Source: Styela clava (taxonomy: Eukaryota). From it: a stretch of 64,000 nt of DNA. The DNA is taken from assembly GCF_964204865.1 (NCBI RefSeq), contig NC_135263.1, forward strand, positions 8,680,001-8,744,000, read 5' to 3'. The notes under the pieces were generated by a model. That model searched no databases. It worked only from the letters and a program-made list of their open reading frames with translations, and was not told where the DNA came from. The position numbers and the translations under genes are program-made. Shown in pieces: positions 26,501 to 48,229 of this stretch (positions are counted from its first letter, which is position 1; each line of letters begins with the position of its first letter).

Positions 26501-28056
26501 GTTGGCTCCACATATTTTGAGGAAAATTAACTCCATCTCTCTCTCTATTACCAAATGAAAAAGCGGGGATTCACTTTTATAAGTAGCCTATACATGCTAA
26601 TATATATCAACAATCTGCAATATTTTATTCGCAAATACTTATGCAATCGATTGTTGATTGTTTTTAGCGGGCTTTATTAATCTCTATGGAAAGGAAATAT
26701 ATGAATCTCAGACACTAAAACAACATTGAAACGAAAGGCAAGTTTTCTATCATTTCTGCTTTATTTGTATATCGTATATAGGAGAAAATATTTTCACAAG
26801 AACTGAATAAAATGAAAGTTGGTGTTATTAATATTCCGAATATTAGTATGGTAGAAAGTACAATGAAATTCGGAAAAAATATTTGTTGCTAACTAGTTAT
26901 TAGATCCAATTGAAAACTACAAAATTGTATGTGGTCTTTGTCAACACTTTTCCTTGTCGATTATTCTCGTCTGAGACTCTGCTTTTGGTTGTATTTGGCT
27001 TTGTGTTTAGTATCAACCGCTTAATTGAGCTAATCTTGAAAAACAGTCTATATGTATGATCCGCGTCATCATGTGGGATTGTATTTTTGTCGCATAACAG
27101 AAAACAATGCTAAAAAATGCGTTGACTTGTCAGCTTCACCGCCGCATACGATCACGTTTTGCGACTATCTATAATCAAAAACGACCTTTTAGGTGTTTTG
27201 CGCCAAACAGACTAAGTCGTAAAATCGCCTTAACCTTTATGGAAACAGTTCCACAGCTCATAAGCCGATCTTTATTGCAATTTTATCATTTTCAAGAAAT
27301 TAGTTTGAGGGATTTTTATTAGACCAATTTTGAATGACTTGAAATGAAAGTTACTTTATAATCTCCTACATTAGGCGATTCATTTTTCCTTTCTGTTAAA
27401 ACACCGAAACCGTTTTACCGGGGATAAAACCGAAGCCTAATGAATTAAAATTAATCCGGATGGAATGAGTTTTTAAATTATTCATTACCGACTGAAAAAT
27501 GGTCATCCTGGAAAAATTCGTCACCGTCGCGGTGCCATTTTCAACAACCATAAAACAATTGGGAATTCACTTTTACGAGAGTGAAAAATAAATTTCACTG
27601 CTTGACAGGATGACGTGAGTGTCGACGTTGATTACAAAACAATGAAAAATTATACTTGTTTTTTTAAAATGTGTGCAATTGACAACTTTTATCAGTGAGG
27701 AATGTTCAGATGCTAGCAGGTATTAAATAAACTTCATTTCTTTTTGTCGGTCGCAAAACAAAGGGTATATACTTTAGATCACCGATGTAAACTATGTGTA
27801 GCCCAATTTCAAACTTCTATCGCCAACAATGCCAAATTAAGCAAATTATAATAAAATAATGTAGTCTATGTAATTACTGAGAAAATATGTGTGAAAACGT
27901 CTGGAAGACGCGATCCTGTTACCTCTGTTTATTTTCATATAAATTTATCGTGTAGCAAACGATAAACAAACTTAAATGTATGTAAATGATATGCGGGTGG
28001 GGATATTCAACAGAGAATCGAGTTAGAATTTAGACTGTGTTGAACATACAAAATTT

Positions 28057-28261
28057 GGCGCTCCAGAAGTATGTGCGGGTAACTAATTTTGTTAGCCTAT
28101 TTTACATCAAGTTGTGTAAAGGGACTGAAACCTATGGACAGGCGAGATATTCATTTGGCTAACACAGACAGTCCCCGAACTCGTAATAGAACTAAAATAG
28201 GGAAAATCGGACTAAAATTATGGCCTAACCCTAACCTGGTACACATACTACGGAAGTATCC
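28057..28261. mobile_element. About 205 bp non-autonomous MITE-like element
   Basis: Imperfect terminal inverted repeats (GGCGCTCCAGAAGTATGTG ... CACATACTACGGAAGTATCC), internal CCTAACCCTAACC, flanked by the direct repeat AAAATTT (28050-28056 and 28262-28268). Confidence 0.7.
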
Positions 28262-30400
28262 AAAATTTCAGTTTAAGCCAGAATTAATGTGACACATTGA
28301 TGACCCACGATTTTGTTAATTCAACGCTCTTACAACGAAGTTATCTCATAAACTTGCAGTTTAGATGAACTAAATCGTGAAATTAGTCATTTTCGGTAAG
28401 CTAAATTTCATTTTTTCTTTTGAGTTAAAATATATTTTAGGTTATTTCATGCTAGTGTTACTAGTGGCATAGTTTTACTTACAAACTGTTACTCATAACG
28501 TAACTTATGTACTTTACCCTAGTGACATGTGTGTGCTGTAAGTATATTATATACAAGTTATACTGTATATCTATGCGGATCCGGAACATATAAGTAATTA
28601 CCTCCAATCACCACCGTACTACAAGTCTGTTGGTTATGCAAACCTCTTCTCCAAAAGTCTGTTCCTGTTGGATATATAAAAAGCGTTTCAGCGAACACCA
28701 AGTACAGTAGATGACATATTCTGTTAAAACAAACTGGCGCTTTTTTGAACACAGCTGTAACGGTTACGCACCACTGACAACACATGAAACAAAATGGCGC
28801 CAATATGCCACAATCGCTGTGTCAGATTAAATTTAAGCCACAATTTAATTTTTGTAATAGAAAATACATTTAGAAACATCATTATGATTCATCTCTTATA
28901 TGTAGAAACATCTTTGTATATTCGAACATATTCAAATAAGTGCATTCTTTGTATTCATACTGCATCGTGGTGGTGGTCCTCTTGGAGTATGAAAGTCTAT
29001 TTCTGTTCATATATACAGTTTCTTATAATGGTATCAGAACATTACAAAAAAAATAAATAGATTAAACTGGACAGAAAATGGAGGAAATTGAACTCATTTG
29101 ACCTGAATAGTTTCCTTATCTTATGCTGAAACAAAAATATTTATAAATATTTGGTACAGATGCCAGATTTAGACTAATTCCATGACATGAAACTTATTGG
29201 TTATTCCACAAAACCAATCCAACCTTGGAAATTGGAACCAGAAAAAAATAAAGCAGATAACCTAGCCTCTGACAATGTTCCAAAGTATTGAAGTTCTTAA
29301 AAAAATGATTTGATAGTAGGTTCTGCACGTACTGATCTACAACTTGCATCCATTTTAATTTATCATATGAATAACAATGAAAATTTTCAGATTTACATAA
29401 ATGGCAGTAAAATAAACGTGATGGATGGAGACTTGTCGGAAGAGAGAAGTTTCGAATCAGTCTAAAGCCTTAGTCATTTATGTTGAAGTAATAAATAGCT
29501 TTTAGTCAAATTGTTTCGTTGAACTTCAATATGAGAAAAGCACAATAGATAAAAAGGTTCTGAATTGCAATTCACATTTTGCAAAAAGGCCATTTGAAAA
29601 AACCTGCGTCCAAACTGCGGTAATTTTATCTGTCAGGCGATGCATTGTTTACGCCCGGATCTGCCCAGTAGCTGAATACTCAATAAAATATCATATTGAG
29701 TCCTAATAAAAAATATTTCCGTCACAAATTATCCATCTTCATTGGTCGTAATTTGATCCGGACTGTCGAATGGAAGAAAATTGACGCGATTATTGAGCCA
29801 TTATTTTATTAATAGTCTGAAGCAATCTCCTTATCTCAAGTCTCATCTCGACGCCGTCAGCTGCGGAGTCGCCATAATTGCGTCTAGAAAATTAGACACG
29901 AATTACAGAATGCTTTTTTAAAGACTTGGTTAAAATTATTCAGGCAGCATTCTTTCCTGGCGAGAGATTATAGATCGTTAACGCAGGGCATCTCGAGAAT
30001 GCCAATCACCCCTTCCAGGAAGAGAATTCAACACATTTTTGTCTCTGCACAAATAATTTCCTCTTTTGAAATATTTGCCGACCAGAACTTGCTTCAATGT
30101 CGCAGATGTGCAATCACTCACGATGGTGTTATGCGGACCAGCTTTTTTACGCGTCGCATAGGCAGGGATTTAGCGTCATCGGTCCGAAATCGCCGCTACC
30201 GGATAACCCCAGTACCAATGATCTTTATTTCCTCCTTATAACATAAAGTAGGATGCTTTCTTCAAAACTAAGCAAACGATTTCAAAATATAACACACAGA
30301 TGAAACTCTTCAAGAACTTACTTCCGTCCAATTCCCATAAAATATTACAAACATCCAATCTTTGTCCCGAAATACCATACAACTTTAATTACAAAAATGT

Positions 30401-30406
30401 TTTATT
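30401..30406 (-). terminator. AATAAA polyadenylation signal after the distal DUS2 exon
   Basis: TTTATT on the plus strand about 300 bp past the stop codon at 30699. Confidence 0.45.
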
Positions 30407-30698
30407 CAGAAGATGCGTGTCTACTATTAGTTTCATTTGTCTGCATTAATTCATACTAAATGAGGTTGCAGAGACGAAAATATTCAAACTTCAAATGATA
30501 ATTGAAGCAACTCGAAACGCAGCAGGTGAAATTGCACATACAATAATCAGAAATATCAGGGGAAACAAAAAAATATCATTAGGGCAGCGCATTTGTCTGG
30601 AAGAAAACAGACGCGCCAAATATTTCTTTTTTCCTTTTGTATTCGAGAGATGGCAAGGTGAATATTCAACATAGATGTTCGGAATCAAGATTTCTCCA

Positions 30699-40098
<9,400 letters not shown>

Positions 40099-41373
40099 TT
40101 TGCAAGTATAAATCTATTTGCTTTCCAGAATTTAAACTTATTTTAAGCAATAAAACAGCTAAAAAAACACAGTTTCTGAATTATATATTGTACTATTTAT
40201 AATGAACAATTGACAATCTTGATGGTAGTATCTGAGAAGTAATCATTAGCAACGCTATAGAAAAAATATAGCTTATTCTTTGGGAACATTGATAATATAA
40301 CATCAAACACAATACGATACATGAAAATCAGAGTGATTGAATTAGAATAAAAAAATTCAATTAGATATATCTGTGTAAAAATATGGTCATATCTTGAATA
40401 AATAAACAACTAACTTATACAATAAGCACTTGAATATATTGGAACTTGATCGACATATACATAAGAACAAAGCACTAGGTATTTTATTGGGATTTCGCTA
40501 AACAGTATTCCAGAATAGGTGAAATATAGAAAAAATTGATGAAAACACTATGATGTAGCACCAGTGGGGAATTTCATTGCCCATGTAATAAGAATCATCA
40601 ATTATGCATCTACAGGGGCAACTTGAATATTAGACTGCTATTAATGATGGAAATACTGCATCATCACTAATTTCTATTGAATAAATTTAACATTTTACTA
40701 CTCTTATTGCATTATTGCACTTATTCATTCATCAACAAAACATACAGGAAATTAGTGAATAGGAAACCTCCATTAAACATACTCGTAGTTAACCAAAGTT
40801 GAATAATTATTAATGTCAGTTTGCACTCGAAGCAGATATCATTTACCACCAGGAGTGGCTTAAAGGAACCATATATCACTTACTGACTTCACGTTGTAGC
40901 CAAGCGTACACACAAGTTACTACTTGAATGTACATGATTGAAAATGAAACAAATGTATACATTTATGCAAACTTGACCAGTAACCTATTCTTTGATTCAG
41001 AATTAAAATATTAAAAATGAGCAAAAATAAACATAACGAAGCACAAAATTGAAAACCCCAGAAGCATTATCAGAAGATTTCTAGGAGTACCAGGATGGCA
41101 GTTGATTGAAGTTTTATATAATTCTACTTTTCAATGCAGAGCAATAAACCTGCTGTAATACGACAACTGTGTATGAAGGTTGGATAGTCAGGTGCATACA
41201 GTGGGCAATGTTACCAGTGGTTAAAATGTTGGTCTCTTACTCTATGGGTGACAAGAATCAAATAAATAGCATTTCAAAGACAACTCATATTTGTTTAATT
41301 GACTTCATTAAATCCGCTTGTTCCTTATATCACAACCAGTATAAAAAATATCAGATTAGTAACTCAGACACAA

Positions 41374-44300
41374 TCACACAAGTAACGGCGAATCTAACAC
41401 AGCAACACCTGCTGCCACTCCGCCATCGTCATGATGACTTGCTTTGGTACGAAGTAGATGACCTGCACATGTATTCTTGATTATCTTGTCACCAGACCTA
41501 AGAATGAGAATGTTGAAACAAAAAAATGTGCAAAAATCTCAAACTGAGTGCAAAAGTTAGTTTTGCTCAGATTTGTTTGAAGCAATACCAGTAACAGCCG
41601 AGTAACAAAATTGAGCAAAACAAGAAAAATATATACTTTTAGAGTTATACAGATATTTTGAATACATATTCATATGCCAGATTGCCAGTTTACAGCCCAT
41701 GTATCAAAAGCTCTGAGCACGATAAGTCTAATCGAATTCTTGTACGACTGAGCATGCAATGATTTAAATATTCCATATCCAGAGTTTCATAAATGAAGTC
41801 ATACTCACGCCAAAAAGACTCCATATATGCCAAGTTCACTGACACCTTCAACGGGTTTAAATTGTTGTGGACCAGACCCAGCTCTGATAATAATTGTTGA
41901 AACCGGCATAGGTCTAACTTTTTCCATGATAATGTAACTACATCTTCTTTTATCACTTCCAACTTCATTTAATTTATCAACAAGGTCCTGATTATATAAA
42001 TTATTTCCTGCAGGATGGAGGAAATAAGAATTTAATTATGTTACATACTTTCACTCATATGTAAATGTGTTTTACACACGCTAATTTTTGAATGTCTAAT
42101 TAACATTGAACCGTTAGCAATTAGGGGTTGCTAATTGCACCAAAGAAATAGGGAAAACCTGGAACTGAGAAAGGATCCTCGAAATGTTTCATTTATGGTA
42201 ATCGATTTTACAGTTGTGATATTACTGTGCACTCACCTCCACCTTCGAGCTGTGGTTTAAGAACATAGTTATCAGGATTCTTCAAAACTTTTGCAACTGC
42301 TTCATCTCCTTCAGCACCCTGTGGTATGAATAGCAAACATTAAAAAAGTGATAATCAATTGGATGGAAGTAACTATAGGAATGATTCTGATAGATGCATG
42401 TTAATCTTTAATTACTAAGAAAGTTGTTCATTACTGAATGCAATACGTGTTCAGAGAGCAACTCAAGATTGATTTAACGAAAGCAGCGTACCATCTCCAA
42501 TCCATAAAATCCTACGAATGTATCTCTCAGTCGTTTCAATGAATCAGCGCCTTTGATAAATTTTTCTAATACACCAGGCTGTGTGAGAACTTCTTGCATC
42601 TTCTTAGCACCAACTAGTTGATGACCAGCACTAGGACAATTGATAGTGTCACTGCAATCCAACATTCTTCTTGCATCCCATTCCTGAAATTATCCAGCAT
42701 AAATTTAAATACATGGATAATTTGAAGTGTGCCAAAAATTGGTCAATCCAATTTAAAACATTTGATCACAATAATACAAACTTACAAATCAGATATCAAA
42801 TAAAATGGCTTAATAGTTGACACAGTCAAATAAGTGCTAGAGATTGATCGGCATTACACATGACGATAATCACAAGCCAGGTTAGTGTCTCCTTTGGCCC
42901 TCTATTCCTTATTATAAAGTATTCTCATATTCACTCATCAGATTAAAGGTATGAGGTTTACTTTAGAAAAATGGTATAATATCAGATCTCCTAGCAATTT
43001 GACGAATATGAAATCATATCCCAAACAAAAGAAATAAGAAATGTATAATAAATTTTTGAAGGTGATGATATACGGTAATTAACATTTTAGACACATACTT
43101 TTTGTGATAGGTAATCATTTGGAGTGTACCCAGCTCTGTAGTATGCAACAGCTATTTCTTCACCAGCTCTAAAAAGGTAGAGAATCAACAGTCTGTATTC
43201 TACATAATAATCAATTGAAAACAGGGTTAAAACAAAGAAGATGTCTCACATAAAAAGCTTTGAATTGGAATCAAGTTTTCCTTTATCAGCAACTTCACCT
43301 AAGGTATATCTTCTCACACGAACATCCGGATTCTTTTCTATAATTTTGAATTCCAATGTCCTTTGATCAAATATATTTTGTTCTACGTCACTAATAATGA
43401 ACACAATAACTGCATTAGGTTGTCCGTAATGATTCCAGGCTGCCAACATTCCATCAGCCAAGTTAGGCAAAGCAAGATTTTCAGGCATCCTGTCATGGAA
43501 GTCCTTAAAGCCATTGCTGTTTAAATTATACTCGTGAAGTGCAGTAACTTTTTCTGTACCAATCCCATTGAAACTTGAAGCAATCATGTTGACTTCAATT
43601 TGCTTTAAACTTATGGTATTTTGATCAGGTTGATGGAGCATGTAGTCTGAACGAATCAACGCTAATTCTGCTTTCTGAAACAACAAATTAAACTTAAGTT
43701 AATGTTTCAAAAAGATTTCCGATACGTATTTTGAAAATGTTTATGAAGTTGGTGCAATATTTATATGACACCACCATAATTACGTAAAAACAATATACAT
43801 TAGATTAGAATTACCGTAATTAAAAACTTCAATCGGAATGAAGATATACCTTAGGTTTTTCTTGGCGAGTTGTCTCATAGATATCAAAAAGATTCTTTGT
43901 GAACTCATCCGATTCAAGTACACTGTGAAAGTATTGAAATACCAGTAACGCCGAACTAATGCAGATGCAAACAATGCAGAAACAGATTTACAAATCTAGA
44001 ATCGAAAAGAGTGCCAAACTTACCTGCTGTAAGCAGATTTTAGGAAATCCTGATCCTGACTCAACACATGCATTAAAAAACCGAAATCCTTCTGAACATC
44101 TTTTGCTTGATCCATAAGATGGCTTGGGACAGGAGATGGAAACAAAGTGAAAGGTGCATGCTGCACCACCTTAATAACACATACTAAAGCTTTACTTAAC
44201 AATTATTCAAAATAACCATATTAAATCGTTGGCTCTGGAAAGATTGGCCTTTCACATCAAATAACGTTAAAAAAGGTAATTGCCTCACCAATACCATATT

Positions 44301-44676
44301 AAAAAATCAGAGCATGCCTTAAATATTTATATTAAGACAAAGTCGCCAACTCCATCTTTAATTCCCAAGTACATCAGTTCGAAGAACAAAACCCAGCAAA
44401 GTCAGACATGGACCTTGAATGCAGTCAATTACAAGAAGTCAAATAGAGGTCCGGCAGACAGATTTTTGAGTGAAACTATTCAAGTCACGATTCAGATTAA
44501 GTTGCTAAATTTATTAAATTAATCAGCTTTAAACCAGTTACCTCTGAGGAATCTCGCCTGTCAGAAGTCCTCATTAAGATTCCTTTAGTAATTGCAAAAT
44601 CAACTGCATTGCAAGCTGCTCCAGTCACCAATTTTTCATCTTTCATAAAACTTTTTATCTGCTCTACTAGATTCAT
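41374..44676 (-). CDS. GSS: Glutathione synthetase (eukaryotic), 9 coding exons
   Basis: Exons 44676-44542, 44169-44024, 43922-43850, 43674-43250, 43168-43099, 42683-42492, 42318-42237, 42007-41809, 41497-41374. Motifs [78 protein letters not shown]. Confidence 0.95.
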
Positions 44677-44972
44677 AATAATTGAGTAAGCTGATATATT
44701 CTCTACAAATCACAAAGTCTAGAAATAATTTGGCAATGGTAATTATGATTACATTTCAGAAATATGATTTTCATTTTTGGCTTGAGATTTCGCTTTGAAA
44801 TACGAAGGTAGAAATTTGCAATTTTGAAAGCAGATTGTTCTACAATTTAAATCAAAAATATGAAAGAATCAAAAAACGGCTAAAAGGTGAACATGATAAC
44901 ATATTTACTAATATATCAATCCAATAGTCTAATGAAAAATGATTCCAATAAGAGTATTATTTTATTGTTTTT

Positions 44973-46811
44973 CTATGTTTTTGAATCTTGCAAAATATTT
45001 TGAACATTTGAAAGTATTTTTTCATAATCAACTGATAATCTGGATATTGTATCTTTATCAACAGTACATTCGTCTGGTAACTGTCTACCAGCTTTTCGAA
45101 ATATTTTCTTACAACGAGACACTTCTGTAGGATTAATCAAGCTGTATACAGAACCCTCTTTTCCTGCACGAGATGCCCTTCCAGCTCTGTGTATGTAAGT
45201 TTCTATAAACAATGGAGAATCATACAAAAGCACTAATTCGACATCTTCTGCATCAATGCCACGTGCTACGGCATCAGAACAAACTAAAACACACTCTTTT
45301 TTAGAATTGAAATCATTCATTGTACGTTTTCTCTCTCGTTTGGTTAGGAGAGAAGAAAATTCCAAACATGGAATACTTAATATATTGAACTTTGAATACT
45401 CCTTTATCAAATGATGAAGTCTACGTGTAGACTCCGCAGTTCGAGTAAAACAAAGTGCCTTTTTCACTTTCAGTGTTATCAGTAATCCCATGACAATTAA
45501 AGGCTTCATGTTAGTTTCACATATGACAGTATGTTCATGCAATGTTGGTGGGGTTATATATTGACTAGTTAATGAAACGGACCTATTTTCTGTCGCTGGT
45601 TTAGCAAGAAACAGACGTGGTTGAAATAAATTAAGAGTTTTTAGTCTTTGGGGATCTGTGTTTAATGTTGCAGAAAATAGAAGCTTCTGAACTGATCTTT
45701 TAGGATTGATCAAATCCTGTAGTGTTGCGTTTTCCGCTGTTGATTGCTCAGATTGAGGTAAATGATATCTTAATTTCTGAAGCCAGGACTGTTTAATTAC
45801 ATCCAATATTCGATCTGCTTCATCAATTACCAGAAACCTAAGCTTATTGAGATGAAGTAAATCTGGGACTTCGAGAAAGTGTGCCAATCTACCTGGTGTG
45901 GTAACAATTACATCTGGGAAAATCTCAAACCCAAACTTGGATTTTTTTGAAAGCAAATACTTTTCAGTTTCAATTTGGCTTCCACCCAATAAAATAGACT
46001 TAATATTACTACCCTTGGACAATGTAAGAAACACACCATGCACTTGTTTAGCCAGTTCAATTGTCGGAACAACAACTAAAGCCCTCGTTCCATTAATTGG
46101 TGATTCAAGCAAACAGTTAATAATTGGTATCGCAAATGCCAAAGTCTTTCCACTGCCTGTAGGTGAACATACACAGATATCATTTGGTCTACTGATCATG
46201 AAACATTTGGAATTATAAAGCAAGGCAGGTATGAGGCTTGTTTGAACAGGAAAAAGTTTAAATATCTCCATTTCCTTCAAATTTTTTTGCACCAGTTCAT
46301 GGAAGCAAGTTAAGTCAAAATCCTCTGAATTGTTGATATCAATATCAATCCAATATGGATTCTCTATCCATTCTGGCAACTTGTGGTCAACTTTAAACAT
46401 TTCAAAATTGTAACCACCCTTCGGAGCTTTCAGTCTCATTTTCAATACTTCAAATGGGTCATATTTATTGTTCCCTTCCGTCCCAACTCTGGAAACACTT
46501 TCAACATCTTGATTTTTCTTATAAGGGCTATGTATCAAATCTCTTTTTTCATTATTAACAATTTTTTCAGGAAGTTGATTAGAACTATTTTTTATTTGTT
46601 CAACTTTGACCTTTTTGGTGTCGATATTATCATCAATTTCTTTTGTCGTGGAAAACTCTTTGTCACCAGGAACCAATGTTTCATCCAACAGTCTTTTAGC
46701 AGCCTTCTTCTTTTTTGCACTCTTTTTCAACGACTCCAGAATATCATTTTTATTCGATTCATTCTTAATCAAACTGCTATCCTCGTCTCCATAACGAATT
46801 ATTGGGAACAT
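44973..46811 (-). CDS. DDX51: ATP-dependent RNA helicase DDX51/Dbp6, 612 aa, single coding exon
   Basis: Q motif LFPVQ, RPNDICVCSPTGSGKTLAF, PTIELAKQV, TPGRL, VIDEADR, QKLLFSATL..DPQRL..LNLFQPRLF (DDX51 signature), ARGID, HRAGRASRAG. Probable 5' UTR intron 47426-46835 (ag|gtaagt ... tttttattgtcag|). Confidence 0.92.
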   Translation of the reverse strand: MFPIIRYGDEDSSLIKNESNKNDILESLKKSAKKKKAAKRLLDETLVPGDKEFSTTKEIDDNIDTKKVKVEQIKNSSNQLPEKIVNNEKRDLIHSPYKKNQDVESVSRVGTEGNNKYDPFEVLKMRLKAPKGGYNFEMFKVDHKLPEWIENPYWIDIDINNSEDFDLTCFHELVQKNLKEMEIFKLFPVQTSLIPALLYNSKCFMISRPNDICVCSPTGSGKTLAFAIPIINCLLESPINGTRALVVVPTIELAKQVHGVFLTLSKGSNIKSILLGGSQIETEKYLLSKKSKFGFEIFPDVIVTTPGRLAHFLEVPDLLHLNKLRFLVIDEADRILDVIKQSWLQKLRYHLPQSEQSTAENATLQDLINPKRSVQKLLFSATLNTDPQRLKTLNLFQPRLFLAKPATENRSVSLTSQYITPPTLHEHTVICETNMKPLIVMGLLITLKVKKALCFTRTAESTRRLHHLIKEYSKFNILSIPCLEFSSLLTKRERKRTMNDFNSKKECVLVCSDAVARGIDAEDVELVLLYDSPLFIETYIHRAGRASRAGKEGSVYSLINPTEVSRCKKIFRKAGRQLPDECTVDKDTISRLSVDYEKILSNVQNILQDSKT

Positions 46812-47169
46812 TTTATTTATTTAATCGATCAGTTCTGACAATAAAAAAGCATTGACATAACAAATGAAACAAAATAATAACCACAAAAAAGTTCATACAA
46901 ACATTCCTCAGATTCATCTTGTAAAACTTTTGATAAGGATCGATAAGACCTTGGTTTTGATTTGTTCAAATTTATTCAGAAATCTCGACTTATCAGAAAT
47001 ATTCATATTTGGTATATCTGAAAATCTCGTAATTCTCTACTTTGTAATTTTTTTTGATAAATGAAAATAAAATACATCCCCCAAAAATAAGCTATAGTGT
47101 TACGGTATTTTTCGAAAAAAAATTGAAATAAGATGCTCTCTAGTTTTCGAGAAAACGGGTATATATATA

Positions 47170-47300
47170 TATCTGTATCGGTACCGGCATATTTCATATA
47201 TATAGGCTTACCGGTACCGTATATATATAGCCTACCGGTACGGTACCGTATATATATAGCCTATTGCTGTATTGGTACCGGTACAGTACCGGTATACACA
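47170..47300. repeat. Low-complexity array of TA-delimited CCG/CGG/CCGG/GCC/CAG units with (TA)n runs
   Basis: Contains TACCGGTA, TACGGTA, TACCGTA, TAGCCTA, TACAGTA and a duplicated CGGTACCGTATATATATAGCCTA block. Confidence 0.85.
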
Positions 47301-47429
47301 GTCCCGAATATAGAATAATAGAGATCGCCGGTTAGGTCATTCAAATGAATAAATAAAATGAAACTCTTCATTATTAAGAATATTGACATATACATAGAAA
47401 AGACAAAAAAGCATAGGCATACTTACCTA

Positions 47430-47960
47430 CTGTTTTTTCCACTGAAAACAGCTCTTGTACCTAATTCACCAGTAACAATAACGTGTTTCCCTCTGAATAA
47501 GCAGAATTTCAATGATGACTTGCAAATTCTATTTTAAAACCACGCCTATTTTGAGATCAATACAAATCAATCATTTAAACCGTGATGATTATTGGTTGAT
47601 GTTGTTTCAAATTCAGTTATGCGAGACGAAAATGCGTGGCCAAACTTTATGCGTAAAGCAAGTATATTTCGCTACAGCTAGAACTGTGCAACTGCATGTC
47701 AACAAATTTTCATGGTTTGGTTTTTAAATCCATTTTCTTAGATGCTGCACTGCTATCTTTGTTTGTAGGGGTGTTTATTACAACCGGTCCACAATTTTGT
47801 GCCAAATTACGCATCGTTTTGAGCAACCATAAACAAGATCAAAAAGTGAGCATAGTACCATATTCTTTTTCTGAATTATGATGATATTCAAGATTTGAAA
47901 AATAAGACTGTTTAATCCAGACTATGAATTTATTTTGAACCTGGTTTCTGGACTGTGTAC
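47430..47960. promoter_or_regulatory. Probable bidirectional promoter of DDX51 and CEP95
   Basis: Lies between the outward-facing first donors (minus ag|gtaagt at 47427; plus ag|gtaatc at 47962) and is locally CpG-rich within a CpG-poor block. Confidence 0.5.
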
Positions 47961-48229
47961 AGGTAATCTATGGAATAAAGTTGTTGTTAGTTTTAGGTAA
48001 AGTAAAAATGGATACATAAGGGATAATCTTGATGAGGTTGAATTATACTCAACTTTTTACCCAGTTACAGAGTTACAATTATAATAATCATTTATTTTTA
48101 TCATATGTCTGTATGTAGACTACTGGTGTATTTTCAGATAGGCCTATTTCGTCAAGGACATACCATTGACAGTTTGAGTTGAAGAATGAGATGACATCCA
48201 CCTAGCATTTGATAGGGATTACTCGTACT

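Noticed and set aside
44973-46811. DDX28 (intronless and next to DUS2 in human)
   Set aside because: Signature segments match DDX51/Dbp6 rather than DDX28.
47170-47300. CRISPR-like array
   Set aside because: Eukaryotic context, no repeat-spacer periodicity and no cas genes.
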